From NCBI GenBank assembly GCA_947599905.1, contig CANQFR010000002.1, forward strand, positions 15,193 through 79,192: a stretch of DNA of 64,000 nt, written 5' to 3'. This DNA is from an uncultured Lachnospiraceae bacterium. Its GTDB lineage: Bacteria; Bacillota; Clostridia; Lachnospirales; Lachnospiraceae. Below the pieces are notes generated by a model. That model was not told the DNA's origin. It did not search any database and saw only the letters and a program-made list of their open reading frames with translations. This document shows positions 30,519 through 40,119 of this stretch, in pieces. Each line of letters starts with the position of its first letter. The first letter of the stretch is position 1. The translations under genes were made by a program, and so were the position numbers.

Positions 30519-30660
30519 TCCATCCTTTCATTTACGTTGTTTTCCGTGGGTGACGAACCACGAATGAATCTTGTTCTTTACCGTCTGCAATGCCAAAAAG
30601 ACGAATTTTGAAAAATAAGCATGAAAAAAGCACCCTTGAAAAGTTAATTTCAAAAGTGCT

Positions 30661-30897
30661 TCATTTCTTGCGTTTTTCCTTTTCATAGAACTCACACCGT
30701 TCACCGCCATAAATTACTTCATCCGGCTTACCGTGTGAATCATTCGCCCCGTAGATTTTGCAATATCTCGTTTGCGGCTGCCGCCCGATAGGCTCAATTA
30801 CTTCACAAAAAATACAGGTAGAACATTGTTCATGGGTGGTTTCCCGTGTCCCCATAAAAACGGGCTGGTGCAAATTACTTTCGGTTTGCTTCTCCAA
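30661..30897 (-). CDS. small Cys-rich protein downstream of MuF-ART (possible immunity protein)
   Basis: CSTC..C, YC, CEFY; starts 5 bp after the MuF stop. Confidence 0.6.
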   Translation of the reverse strand: MEKQTESNLHQPVFMGTRETTHEQCSTCIFCEVIEPIGRQPQTRYCKIYGANDSHGKPDEVIYGGERCEFYEKEKRKK

Positions 30898-30901
30898 TCA
30901 A

Positions 30902-33652
30902 TCACCTACTTCCTTTATATCCGGGCATATCTTCTACAAATTCGTATCCCTGTTCAGGGTGTACTTCCAAATCCATAAAGATTGTTCTGCCGCTCTTTTC
31001 CATCTTCGTAATACGGTAATATGCGCCACGCTGGATAATCATTTCACTTTCATAACCGAACGTAGATTGTGGATCAATGCCGTTCCACGATTTACCACCG
31101 CCATTACCGAAAGCGGAAAACGGTTCGGCATACATCATTTGTGTACCCTTTGGGGAATAGATATTCATAATTACGTCACCAGAAAAGCCTTTTCCTTTAG
31201 CAACGCCGGTTGACGTAAACGCCCAAATTCTGTTTTCCTTGCCTACAAACTGTTGAAGCTGATCGTGTGTCATTTTCCCAAGGGTTCCATCAGGCAAGTT
31301 GAGAAAACTTTCAATCGCTTCAGTACCACATCCACGCTGCAACCACACGTCAAAATCATAACTGGATTTACTGATTATATCCGTCATGCTCTTGATCTCT
31401 TTATATGCGCCTTCATAGTTCAGATCAACGTTTCCAACGCCTTTATTGTTATGGCTCCCCCAGCCGCCTTGAAATCCAGAAAGTGGCCGGTTGAACTTTC
31501 CAGAACCAGAAGTATAGTCATATATGGCGTGTCTTTCCGTGCGATTTGCGGCACGCCACACATCCCCGCACACTTGCCTTAAACGATCATCTGCTTCTTT
31601 GGTGGATTTCGCCCACATGGCCGCATCTTTGCGATCCTGTGAAAAGGTGTCGTCCACCGCTCCAAGTATATCACCGTTTTCAAGTTTCTGCAAATCAGAT
31701 TGAACTTTCTTGATCTTGTTCTGAATATCCGAAAGCTCTTTCTGAATATCGCTGTACTTCTTGCCCTCTGTTTCCAGTTCCCCAAGCTGCTTATACAAAT
31801 CCTGGTACTTCTTCATCAAATCAGGATCGGTTTCAGTAAGGAACTTGCCCTCATAATATTTCTTCTTATCGGCAATGTTCAAAGAAGCATAGTCAGCCGT
31901 GGTAACGTCCTTGTTGTACCAAATCCCGGAATAGGTCTTGATTTCAAAATCATCAAGTTTCTGTTGAACTTCTGCCTTTTGGGCTTCCAAATCTAACTGT
32001 TCCTTAACCAGCGCCTTCTTTTGTTTGGCAATCAGCTTTTCGTTCAGCTTCTTTTCCCATTCCTCTTTCTGTTGCTGAATAGCTTCCATCTGCGAATGAA
32101 TTGATTCCAGTTTTGCCTTTTCAAGCAAAGCATCCTTCGCTTCCTGTTTGGAAATCCCTTCGACGTTACCGAACGAATCCACCTTATACCCCTGCTTCTG
32201 CAAATCTGCCGTAAGTTTGATTTGCTCATTTTCAAGGGCATCATATTTGATAACGTCTTCCTTACTACCTTTGTCAACCAATTCACCCCAGCCCCCGTAT
32301 TTATCTTCAAGGCCAGTCATTTCATCCGATACCGTGTAAAACTTATCGGCGGCAACTGCATCTTTGTAAAAGGCATCAATGCCGCCTGCGTTTTTCACAT
32401 CCTCAAAAGTAAAGCCGGAAGGGGAAAGAATACTGGTCATTTGGTTTTCCAAATCTTCAAGCTGCACATCCGCATCAGCAACCAGGGCCTTCAGCTTCTT
32501 TTCCGTCAGATAAACCTTCTTCTCCTTCGGCGGTGCTTCTGGTTCAGGCTCTTTGTGGTGTGAATAGTGAAGCGCTGATCCGTCGTCGATCACATCAAAG
32601 CCGGATTTGTCGCCGCCGTTCACGAAAGTATCTTCCCAATCCTGATATTTCATATCATCAGGAATATAATACGTTTTCCCGGTCTGTCCATCCCTCGCCG
32701 CACGTTCCCCGATCTGCCCGAAATTATCTTCAAAATAAGGAACCGTTGTCGTTCTGCAATGGGGATGAAACGGCGGGGCTGTCACGCCCGGCTGGTAGTC
32801 AGTCATGGGAAAATGCTTCCCGTCCATCATCCGGCAGATTTCGGAAGTAAGGGAATCCAACGTTGCCACAATTTCAAACTGTTCAACGCCCAGGCTGTGG
32901 AAACAATCGCCTTGTGCCAAGGAACTGAAATAGGCTTCTTCTGTCATAACAAGCCGCCCAGCGTTATATTTAGAAGTGTTCATCTTTGCGGCAATCGCAT
33001 CAATGGCCTTCTGTGGATCGGCCCCCAACATGATATTTTGGGTAAGTTCCTTGTGAACTTCCTGAATCAGCTTATCTTTATAGCCCCAAATCCTTTCAGA
33101 AAAATTGTACCCGTCAACTGCCCACGGCTTTGAAATTATCTTTTCAATTTGTGCCTGATCTATACCGGCAATGTCAAACCCCACATTGAACCCCTTTTGA
33201 AGTTCATAGGCCGTGTGATAATATCCGCTGGTATAGACTTTTCCCATAGTCCCGGAAAGCGTCATGCCTTGCTTCTGAAACAGTTCTTCAAGGCTCTGCC
33301 GGGTGTGCATCTTCAAGGCTTCCAGTTTGGAAATATGGAACTTCGCTGAAGCATTTTCAAGCTGCTTATCCCATCCGCCCATCAAAGCGTTTTCCTGTCC
33401 GTACTTGATATATTCCTGCACATCCCACTTAAATTCTTTCAGATCGGCCCCGTGAAGGTACTGCCGGGCTTCAGCAAGGGTGATTCCGTTGTTCTTCGCA
33501 AAACGTTCATACCACTTTGAAATCTGCCCTTCGATCTGCTTTCGTGCTTGCCTGTACTGCGCTTCAATATCCTTCAGGGCATTGGCCCCGATCTGGTTTT
33601 GCGCATCTTCAAGCTGCATGAACCGCTGTTTCCAGTAATCGCTATTTTTCAT
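30902..33652 (-). CDS. MuF/SPP1 gp7-like minor head protein with C-terminal ADP-ribosyltransferase domain
   Basis: MuF motifs ATLD..TS.IC and PPFHPHCR; C-terminal YT..., QRG, FTST, ESE (R-S-E ART signature). Confidence 0.88.
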   Translation of the reverse strand: MKNSDYWKQRFMQLEDAQNQIGANALKDIEAQYRQARKQIEGQISKWYERFAKNNGITLAEARQYLHGADLKEFKWDVQEYIKYGQENALMGGWDKQLENASAKFHISKLEALKMHTRQSLEELFQKQGMTLSGTMGKVYTSGYYHTAYELQKGFNVGFDIAGIDQAQIEKIISKPWAVDGYNFSERIWGYKDKLIQEVHKELTQNIMLGADPQKAIDAIAAKMNTSKYNAGRLVMTEEAYFSSLAQGDCFHSLGVEQFEIVATLDSLTSEICRMMDGKHFPMTDYQPGVTAPPFHPHCRTTTVPYFEDNFGQIGERAARDGQTGKTYYIPDDMKYQDWEDTFVNGGDKSGFDVIDDGSALHYSHHKEPEPEAPPKEKKVYLTEKKLKALVADADVQLEDLENQMTSILSPSGFTFEDVKNAGGIDAFYKDAVAADKFYTVSDEMTGLEDKYGGWGELVDKGSKEDVIKYDALENEQIKLTADLQKQGYKVDSFGNVEGISKQEAKDALLEKAKLESIHSQMEAIQQQKEEWEKKLNEKLIAKQKKALVKEQLDLEAQKAEVQQKLDDFEIKTYSGIWYNKDVTTADYASLNIADKKKYYEGKFLTETDPDLMKKYQDLYKQLGELETEGKKYSDIQKELSDIQNKIKKVQSDLQKLENGDILGAVDDTFSQDRKDAAMWAKSTKEADDRLRQVCGDVWRAANRTERHAIYDYTSGSGKFNRPLSGFQGGWGSHNNKGVGNVDLNYEGAYKEIKSMTDIISKSSYDFDVWLQRGCGTEAIESFLNLPDGTLGKMTHDQLQQFVGKENRIWAFTSTGVAKGKGFSGDVIMNIYSPKGTQMMYAEPFSAFGNGGGKSWNGIDPQSTFGYESEMIIQRGAYYRITKMEKSGRTIFMDLEVHPEQGYEFVEDMPGYKGSR

Positions 33653-33831
33653 TGTCCCCACCGCCTTCCAGGAAGCGGGGAACAATCAGCCGGTAAAATG
33701 AATATTGGTTCTTTCCTAACACCGAAAGATTGAACTTCTTAAACCTAATCAACATGAACCAGGCCGCCACGGCGAAAAGCCGTCCAAGGATCGGGTTCAG
33801 ATATTCCACTTCCAGGGGAACAGTCACAACG

Positions 33832-35364
33832 TCAAACTTCCTGATCTTCGTCACCGGCCCCACCTTCCTTCTTTTGGCCCCCGCCACCCGGCGCAAACGG
33901 ATCATATTGGTTCGCAAGCATTTCTTCCTGTTCCTTTTCCTTCTGCTTCTCCAACTTCTCCATTTCATCCTGCGGATCATCAATCCATGGGTGATTTGCA
34001 ACCAGCGTTTCATCCGAAAGGATACCCACGGATTTACTGATATTGTCGATCACCTCAGATTCATTGATAAGAATATCCCTATCAAAGATAATGTCCACGT
34101 CTTCATTTTCAAAGTTGCCTTGCCCGGTATTGGCAAGGTGAACGTTGATGAACCAAAGGATTTCTTCAAAAGCGGCCTGCAATTCCGTTTCCATGTCGTT
34201 AGCGTCCAGGTCAATATCCGAATACATAGATTGAATATTCATCTGGTTAGGATTGCCGGAAAGCCGATCATCCTTTGCGTCGTACCCCATGGCGTTTTCT
34301 ATCAGGGCCTTCTTGAAAATCTCCACAATCGCCTTGTAATTTTCAGAGTTCACGGTGATCTCCAAGGTTTCAACCCCGCCTTTGGTGTCCCCGTCATAGC
34401 GCACCTTAACGGCCCCATAGGTGGCAAGGTTCTTCCTGAATTGCCCAAGGTTTTCACCGTCATAGTTCTTCAGAACAAGAATCGTGTTCCTTGCATCCTC
34501 TTGCATATTGTTTTCAAAGTCCGAAAGCATAACGTTGATTCCATCCTGCAAGGATTTCACATTCTTAATCAGCGGGGTTTCCGTTTCGTTGTATTTCAGC
34601 GCAATAAGCGGAACCCTTGTCCAGTTAAGCCCTGTAACGTTCCCTTCTTCGTCCGTGGCGGTCAGGTGATAGGTGTTTGAAAGTTCATTTTCAACCGATA
34701 CATCTTCAATCAGGCTTTCCCCATCAAGAATATATCTGTGAATCCCGTTCAGATCGTAAACTTCCACTTTCTGAATGATAACCGGGGTAGTACCTTCATA
34801 CCCTGTTACCAGGTACAAGCGCACCGCAAAATCAAGAACTGTATGTTCACTGTCCTTCCAGAATGGAAGAATTTCATAACCGGGGAAAAGCCTGAAAGCA
34901 AAATCCCCGTTATCGTCGTAATACGGGTATAACCAGGCAATCCCACCGTTCAGCGCCGCCTTTCCACCGTTCTTCAAAATTTTTTTGAACCGCTTATTGA
35001 ATATCTTTTTCAAAAGTTCAACGTACTGTTCATTCTTACAATCAATAGAAAACGGCTTTCCAAGAAGATAATTGGCCTTCTGGTTCACCATCTTCCTGTA
35101 CTGGTTATCAATAATCCGATTATTGGGAAGGTTTTCAACCACTTCCAACTTTCCGCTTTCCCCGATCATGGTTCTTTTCCGGGTGATTATATCGTGTTCA
35201 TTCTCATAATACAGGAAGCCCTTGATCTGCATGATCCTCTGTGGTGACGCCTTCCATTTTGAGATTTCCCGTTCCAAAAATTCCTTATCTGTCATTCTGC
35301 TGTGTGCGCCATACATAACCAGATTAGAAATCTTTGCCGTAAGGGAATCCATAAGCCCCAGCAT
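33832..35364 (-). CDS. portal protein, SPP1 type
   Basis: YY..EHDI, NQKANYLLGKP, follows terL. Confidence 0.92.
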   Translation of the reverse strand: MLGLMDSLTAKISNLVMYGAHSRMTDKEFLEREISKWKASPQRIMQIKGFLYYENEHDIITRKRTMIGESGKLEVVENLPNNRIIDNQYRKMVNQKANYLLGKPFSIDCKNEQYVELLKKIFNKRFKKILKNGGKAALNGGIAWLYPYYDDNGDFAFRLFPGYEILPFWKDSEHTVLDFAVRLYLVTGYEGTTPVIIQKVEVYDLNGIHRYILDGESLIEDVSVENELSNTYHLTATDEEGNVTGLNWTRVPLIALKYNETETPLIKNVKSLQDGINVMLSDFENNMQEDARNTILVLKNYDGENLGQFRKNLATYGAVKVRYDGDTKGGVETLEITVNSENYKAIVEIFKKALIENAMGYDAKDDRLSGNPNQMNIQSMYSDIDLDANDMETELQAAFEEILWFINVHLANTGQGNFENEDVDIIFDRDILINESEVIDNISKSVGILSDETLVANHPWIDDPQDEMEKLEKQKEKEQEEMLANQYDPFAPGGGGQKKEGGAGDEDQEV

Positions 35365-35438
35365 CTTCCCTCACCACCTTTCTATTGTGTAATAAAAGCA
35401 AAACCCCGGAAACACACGGTTTTCAGGGCTATTTGTTA

Positions 35439-35603
35439 CTAACATGATACTTTTGCGGTAAATCCTGCTGGATTCCGCTTTTCTTTCTCATAGACCAGAT
35501 CAGTACCATCTTTCAGATTTATTTCAATCTTCAAATGGGTGTACGGTAGTTTTTCGGCCCATTGCTCAATCTTATCCAGGGCCTTCCAATCAGACTTATT
35601 CAA
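35439..35603 (-). CDS. 54-aa hypothetical protein
   Basis: TTG start overlapping the terL stop; open frame (my translation, not in the ORF track). Confidence 0.45.
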   Translation of the reverse strand: MNKSDWKALDKIEQWAEKLPYTHLKIEINLKDGTDLVYEKEKRNPAGFTAKVSC

Positions 35604-36864
35604 AACTGAATGTTTCCCCCTTGCTGAAATCTTCCAGGGCGTACCTCATAGCGTCCATCAGGTGGTTAAAATCGTCAATCGGCTTGTTCAGCTTCTTGCC
35701 GGTCTTTGGGTCTGTGTCCCAGGTGTAATTGCTGATTTCTGTAAGGAAGTTCACACAACGGGGGTGAATGATAATGTGGAAATCCTGTATATAATCAATA
35801 CCGTTGTTTATGCTGTCCTTCCCCTTCCTTGCCCTGTGGATATGCGATATTCCCAGGTTATACAGGCGGTCAATGCTTTTCGGCTCTGCACTGTCGGCCT
35901 TGATCCGCTCTTTTGAATACCCCATCTGAAGCACTTCATCATAGATCGCTTCGTTGCTCATGCCCTTCTTATACATTTCATCAAACACCCATATAGTTTT
36001 TGCTGAAACGTCAATCAGGCCACAAAACAAAGCGGAAGGATCGTTCGTATATCCAAAATCCAGGCCGAAAGCGGATTGAACACTTTCCAAAGCCCTGATC
36101 TTGTCTATGTCGAAAGCCTGTTCTTCCCAATTCTCGAAGATCAGCCCTTCCACAATGCCCCAATCGCCCAAACCGGCCACACGGTAACGGCGTGGATTAT
36201 TCAGGCGCATTGTTTCAAAAACCTTCTTGTCAGCCTTATCCAGCCATTCATTACACAAATAGTTGGTGGTCATGGCAAGGGTTTCTTCGTCCGGATGGTC
36301 GAAGAACCGGGCCTTCAGCCAATGGTGTTCATTCCAGGGGTTAAAGGTAAGGGTGATCTGCTTGAACAGGCCGGTTTCTTCTGGGACGGCTCCACGGATA
36401 GATTCATCCAGCATATCAAAATCAGATTCCTTGCTGATCTCATAGGCTTCTTCAATCCACATCCAGCAAAGATAGCCGTGTTCAACCGTGATCGAAGTTA
36501 CCTTCAGCGGATCATCCAGGCCCCGGAAGTAAATCTTCTGCCCTGTGGGCTTATAAGTCATTTCCAGGGGGCTTTCCTTAATATCCCAAAATTCATCAAC
36601 ACCCAGCCTGTGGATCGCCCACTTCAGTTCTGTGAAGCAAGAATCTTTCAGGGTTCGGAACACCTTACGGACAACCAGGGTATTAGCTTCCGGGTATTTC
36701 ATCATATTGACGATATACCAAAGGGCCGCCGTCTTTGATTTCTTACTTGCACGGCTGCCCTTGCAAACCCTGTAACGGCCTTTCCACCGCCAGAATGTTC
36801 CGTATCCTTTCCCGACATAATCAGGAAGGTGTATTCTCTTTCCCTTAACCTTCATCATCAGCAA
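35596..36864 (-). CDS. terL: terminase large subunit, PBSX family
   Basis: KGSRASKKS, WIEEA, TFNP, GLDFG, DDFNHLMDAMRY. Confidence 0.95.
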   Translation of the reverse strand: MLMMKVKGKRIHLPDYVGKGYGTFWRWKGRYRVCKGSRASKKSKTAALWYIVNMMKYPEANTLVVRKVFRTLKDSCFTELKWAIHRLGVDEFWDIKESPLEMTYKPTGQKIYFRGLDDPLKVTSITVEHGYLCWMWIEEAYEISKESDFDMLDESIRGAVPEETGLFKQITLTFNPWNEHHWLKARFFDHPDEETLAMTTNYLCNEWLDKADKKVFETMRLNNPRRYRVAGLGDWGIVEGLIFENWEEQAFDIDKIRALESVQSAFGLDFGYTNDPSALFCGLIDVSAKTIWVFDEMYKKGMSNEAIYDEVLQMGYSKERIKADSAEPKSIDRLYNLGISHIHRARKGKDSINNGIDYIQDFHIIIHPRCVNFLTEISNYTWDTDPKTGKKLNKPIDDFNHLMDAMRYALEDFSKGETFSFE

Positions 36865-37087
36865 TCACCGCCTTATACCGTGGACAATGCCGGTTCACGC
36901 ACCTGTGAACGTCCGCAAGCCCTTGCGTAAGATAGCCGTGATAATGCTTGCAATAAGCAACCGGGTAATAAGACAAATTCCCGTCGATCAATTCAACCAT
37001 TGATTCCACTTTGGGCGGGTTATGCTTGAACCGTTCCCTTCTCCGTTTCCGCTGCCGCTTGACATTTCCCCGGTTCTTAATCTTCAA
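36845..37087 (-). CDS. small Cys/His-rich hypothetical protein
   Basis: coupled between terS and terL. Confidence 0.5.
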   Translation of the reverse strand: MKIKNRGNVKRQRKRRRERFKHNPPKVESMVELIDGNLSYYPVAYCKHYHGYLTQGLADVHRCVNRHCPRYKAVIADDEG

Positions 37088-37499
37088 GATCGTCGCTCCC
37101 GTCGATCACAACGGGAACCGCACCGCTAACCGTGGAATCCGTCTTTGTGCTGTACCCGTGGCGGGACATCCACAACCCGGCAAGCTGCGAAGGGATAGCG
37201 CCGATCTCAAACTTCATCCGTGCGTCAACCTCACATTCTTCTTTCATGCGTGTAACCATGTCAGCATATCGTTTATTGTCAGCATACCTTTCATAGAACG
37301 CTGCCCTCGAAATACCGGCGTACACACAAAAGCCCTCAATCGTATAGGTCACGCTGCGTTTCAGTTCCTTGCTTACGAACTCCGAATTTTTTGAACTGAA
37401 ATCATGGGTAAGTACCATCTGGTTATCACAATATGCTTTGTACCTCTCCCATGCGGCTTCAAGTTCTGCAACCGTCTTAAACTTTCGGGTTCTCCCCAT
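37077..37499 (-). CDS. terS: terminase small subunit (gp3-like)
   Basis: GR.RKF.T..EL, TIEGFC...GISR; first late gene. Confidence 0.8.
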   Translation of the reverse strand: MGRTRKFKTVAELEAAWERYKAYCDNQMVLTHDFSSKNSEFVSKELKRSVTYTIEGFCVYAGISRAAFYERYADNKRYADMVTRMKEECEVDARMKFEIGAIPSQLAGLWMSRHGYSTKTDSTVSGAVPVVIDGSDDLED

Positions 37500-37519
37500 G
37501 ATTTCACCTTCTTTCCCTC

Positions 37520-37612
37520 AAAAATAAAACCGGCCACCAGGGGCATACGTCCCCGGCAACCGATTTTTCAGCATATATAATATCACACATCAAGGTAAGG
37601 TAGGGTAGGTTC
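37520..37612 (-). promoter_or_regulatory. late promoter region
   Basis: CCTAC/CCTAC/CTTAC direct repeats, TGaTATTAT -10-like box, then a hairpin with T-run. Confidence 0.5.
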
Positions 37613-38018
37613 TTTCAAATTCCTGCAAAGCGTACCCGTGAAGTTCCTTCGTGTACTGGTATGTATAGTTCATTTCAACCGAAATCACTTCAAGGCGCTT
37701 GAACTCTACATATCGCTTATACAGTAATTTGATATACTTTGCATCCGACAAATTATGAATCTGCCCTATGATTTTATGCTTCAGATCAATGAAAGCATCC
37801 GTGTCCCGGTCAATTTCTTCTTCCAGGGAAAGCAATTTCACGATCCGATCAGCAAAGCCCGATTCCCCCGGCAGCTTCCCGCCTTTCACACGATCCTTTG
37901 ACAGATCAGGGGAAGAAATGCTTGTAAGCTGTGCCCTCAAATCTGCCCGTTCTTGAATCTTCTGGTTCACAATCGTATCAAGCCGCTGAAGCTGCGACAA
38001 ATATTCTTTTGCTTTCAT
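37590..38018 (-). CDS. ArpU/RinA-like late transcriptional activator
   Basis: MKAKEYLSQ, LYKRYV, HGYAL; last early gene. Confidence 0.8.
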   Translation of the reverse strand: MKAKEYLSQLQRLDTIVNQKIQERADLRAQLTSISSPDLSKDRVKGGKLPGESGFADRIVKLLSLEEEIDRDTDAFIDLKHKIIGQIHNLSDAKYIKLLYKRYVEFKRLEVISVEMNYTYQYTKELHGYALQEFERTYPTLP

Positions 38019-38039
38019 AGTACAACTTCCTTTCTTCAT

Positions 38040-38295
38040 CTTGAACCGCTTCAAAGTCAGGCTTTTCAACAGTTTTCAGAAAATCGGTTCAAGTTCAAGT
38101 TCCTGTTTCTCTTACTATATATTTTTTGAAAAATCACAATGATTTACATTTCTATTTTTCATCATATACAAAAAAGTTAAAAACAACTTGAACCATCTTG
38201 AACCGCCGCCCGAAAAGAATTGATTTTACAGGCTTTCAAGCGGTTCATGTTCCCACAACTACAACTTGAACTAATCTTGAACCCCAACTTGAACT
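38040..38295. repeat. iteron region A, putative replication origin
   Basis: multiple GTTCAAG/CTTGAAC copies in opposing orientation around an AT-rich core. Confidence 0.7.
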
Positions 38296-39170
38296 TTTGA
38301 AAATTTACTTTCAACTTTTTCACACAAATTCTTTATGAAGTCCTTCCGGGGAATCTGATTGATCCAGGCTTCAGGTATGCCATTCTCACCATCACACCCG
38401 TACATGATCCCGGCCAGGCCACCGGCCACGGCTGCAATCGTATCCGTATCACCGCCCAGGTTTACGGCGGTAAGCACACAATCCCGGTAAGTGTCGGTGT
38501 GATATAAGCACCAAAGCGCCGCTTCCAGCGTGTCAACCACATAGCCGGAAGATTTGACTTCGTCCCGCTCCATTTCCCATATCCCGGAAAGTCTGCGAAA
38601 TTCCCCGCCCCACATTTCATCTGTCAGGATCGGGGACAGGCTTTTGCCTTTCATAAGCTGTTCCGCCACGATCACATATAATATACAGGCCCGCTTTGAA
38701 ATAGGGTGGGCATGGGTAAGACTGGAAACGTTTACCACATCCGCATAGCTGGAATTGGCAAAGGCCAGCGGAAGAATCCGCATGAGTGAACCGTTCCCGT
38801 TGTCGGTCAGAAGATCCCCGCCACACTTCAACGGTTCAACACCTCTTTGAAATCGTTCAATCGCTGCCCGTGTCGTGCCCCCAACGTCGAAAACCTGCCC
38901 GTAAGGTGTAAACCAAGCCTTTCCCAGCCAGTAAGAGAAATTCACCATAATATCCACAGTGTCGATCATCCCGGTTCTTCCAATGCTTTCCAGCGTGGCA
39001 AGGGTCAGGCTACTATCATCCGACCATGTGCCGGGCGGCTGGTTATACATTCCATACCCGACCATATCAATCGCCTTGAATGTGTCACGTTTCCGAAACT
39101 CGAAGGGAACCCCCAGCGCATCCCCGACCACAAGCCCCATGATTCCATCATATACTTTTCCCATCCTCAT
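38271..39170 (-). CDS. ADP-ribosylglycohydrolase (DraG/ARH family)
   Basis: GDALG.P.E, WSDD, NGNGSLMR, THAH, GGDTDT. Confidence 0.95.
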   Translation of the reverse strand: MRMGKVYDGIMGLVVGDALGVPFEFRKRDTFKAIDMVGYGMYNQPPGTWSDDSSLTLATLESIGRTGMIDTVDIMVNFSYWLGKAWFTPYGQVFDVGGTTRAAIERFQRGVEPLKCGGDLLTDNGNGSLMRILPLAFANSSYADVVNVSSLTHAHPISKRACILYVIVAEQLMKGKSLSPILTDEMWGGEFRRLSGIWEMERDEVKSSGYVVDTLEAALWCLYHTDTYRDCVLTAVNLGGDTDTIAAVAGGLAGIMYGCDGENGIPEAWINQIPRKDFIKNLCEKVESKFSKVQVGVQD

Positions 39171-39406
39171 TATCTCCTTTCTGTTTTCGGGTAAAATTTG
39201 TTTGGATCAATTTTCAATGAATACCCGCCGTTGTACCGGCCACATTGCGAACACCGCTTGCAATCCTCACGAACCGCATATTTGCAAGAATTATTCTTCA
39301 GACAGAACCGGCAAATACAATTCTTCACGCAAGCGTCACATTTTGTCATTCCCACCTTTGGCACCTCTTTTCTTCTCTCCATCATCAGGCACCAGGTAAA
39401 TATCAT
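39170..39406 (-). CDS. small Cys-rich hypothetical protein
   Basis: several CxxC motifs; real start probably MTKC. Confidence 0.5.
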   Translation of the reverse strand: MIFTWCLMMERRKEVPKVGMTKCDACVKNCICRFCLKNNSCKYAVREDCKRCSQCGRYNGGYSLKIDPNKFYPKTERR

Positions 39407-39486
39407 GCCCCAGCCGCTTCAGACCACGCTTCACCCGGATACAAACCTTCACCCAATCTCTAAGAATGAAAGCCTTCCGCATTTCC

Positions 39487-39753
39487 TCATAATTTGCCAT
39501 GATCCCCCGCCTTTCTCAATCTCAAATGGCCCTTCACCCTATACTCGTACACCATGGGTACAACATCAGCATAAACTTCAATCCCTAAATCATTTCTTAA
39601 TTCCGAATTGATACCGTCCAGACTTCTTTCCACCTTATCAGATAAACCACGAACCATAGCAGCGGAAAAAGGCTTCCCGATATAATCCGCTCCAATCTCT
39701 CTTACTGTTGTTGCCGCCTCACTAATAAGGCCAAAAAGCACATCTACATCCAT
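39487..39753 (-). CDS. hypothetical protein
   Basis: ORF in the early operon. Confidence 0.55.
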   Translation of the reverse strand: MDVDVLFGLISEAATTVREIGADYIGKPFSAAMVRGLSDKVERSLDGINSELRNDLGIEVYADVVPMVYEYRVKGHLRLRKAGDHGKL

Positions 39754-40108
39754 AATCTCCCGCCTTTCTAATATTCACGCTTGTTCCCGGTGGAATTTTC
39801 AGAACTATCCCAGGCTTAAAGTCCCATGTAATATCACGGATTACATCTTTGTTCGCTTCCACTATGGCGGCATAGGCAGAACCTTTACCATAGAATTTTT
39901 GTGATATGCTCCATAGGTTATCGCCCTTCTTCACCATATATTCAACGCCATTAGGCCCAATGTCGAACCACCCATCTTCAGGAATTTTCGATTTTGGTTT
40001 TGGTGGCTCTATTTTGGGCATCCCGTAATAAGAAGGTTCTGCCACGCTTCCGCAATACTCGCACTTTTGCCCAACGATCACTTCAGCACCACAAAATTTA
40101 CATTTCAC
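39722..40108 (-). CDS. zinc-ribbon plus LysM protein
   Basis: CKFCG..CEYCG; YMVKKGDNLWSIS. Confidence 0.8.
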   Translation of the reverse strand: MKCKFCGAEVIVGQKCEYCGSVAEPSYYGMPKIEPPKPKSKIPEDGWFDIGPNGVEYMVKKGDNLWSISQKFYGKGSAYAAIVEANKDVIRDITWDFKPGIVLKIPPGTSVNIRKAGDYGCRCAFWPY

Positions 40109-40119
40109 AATCAGCCCCC

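Noticed and set aside
38040-38295. GTTC/GAAC repeats as LexA boxes or CRISPR repeats
   Set aside because: Not arranged as GAAC-N4-GTTC; spacing irregular and too short for spacers
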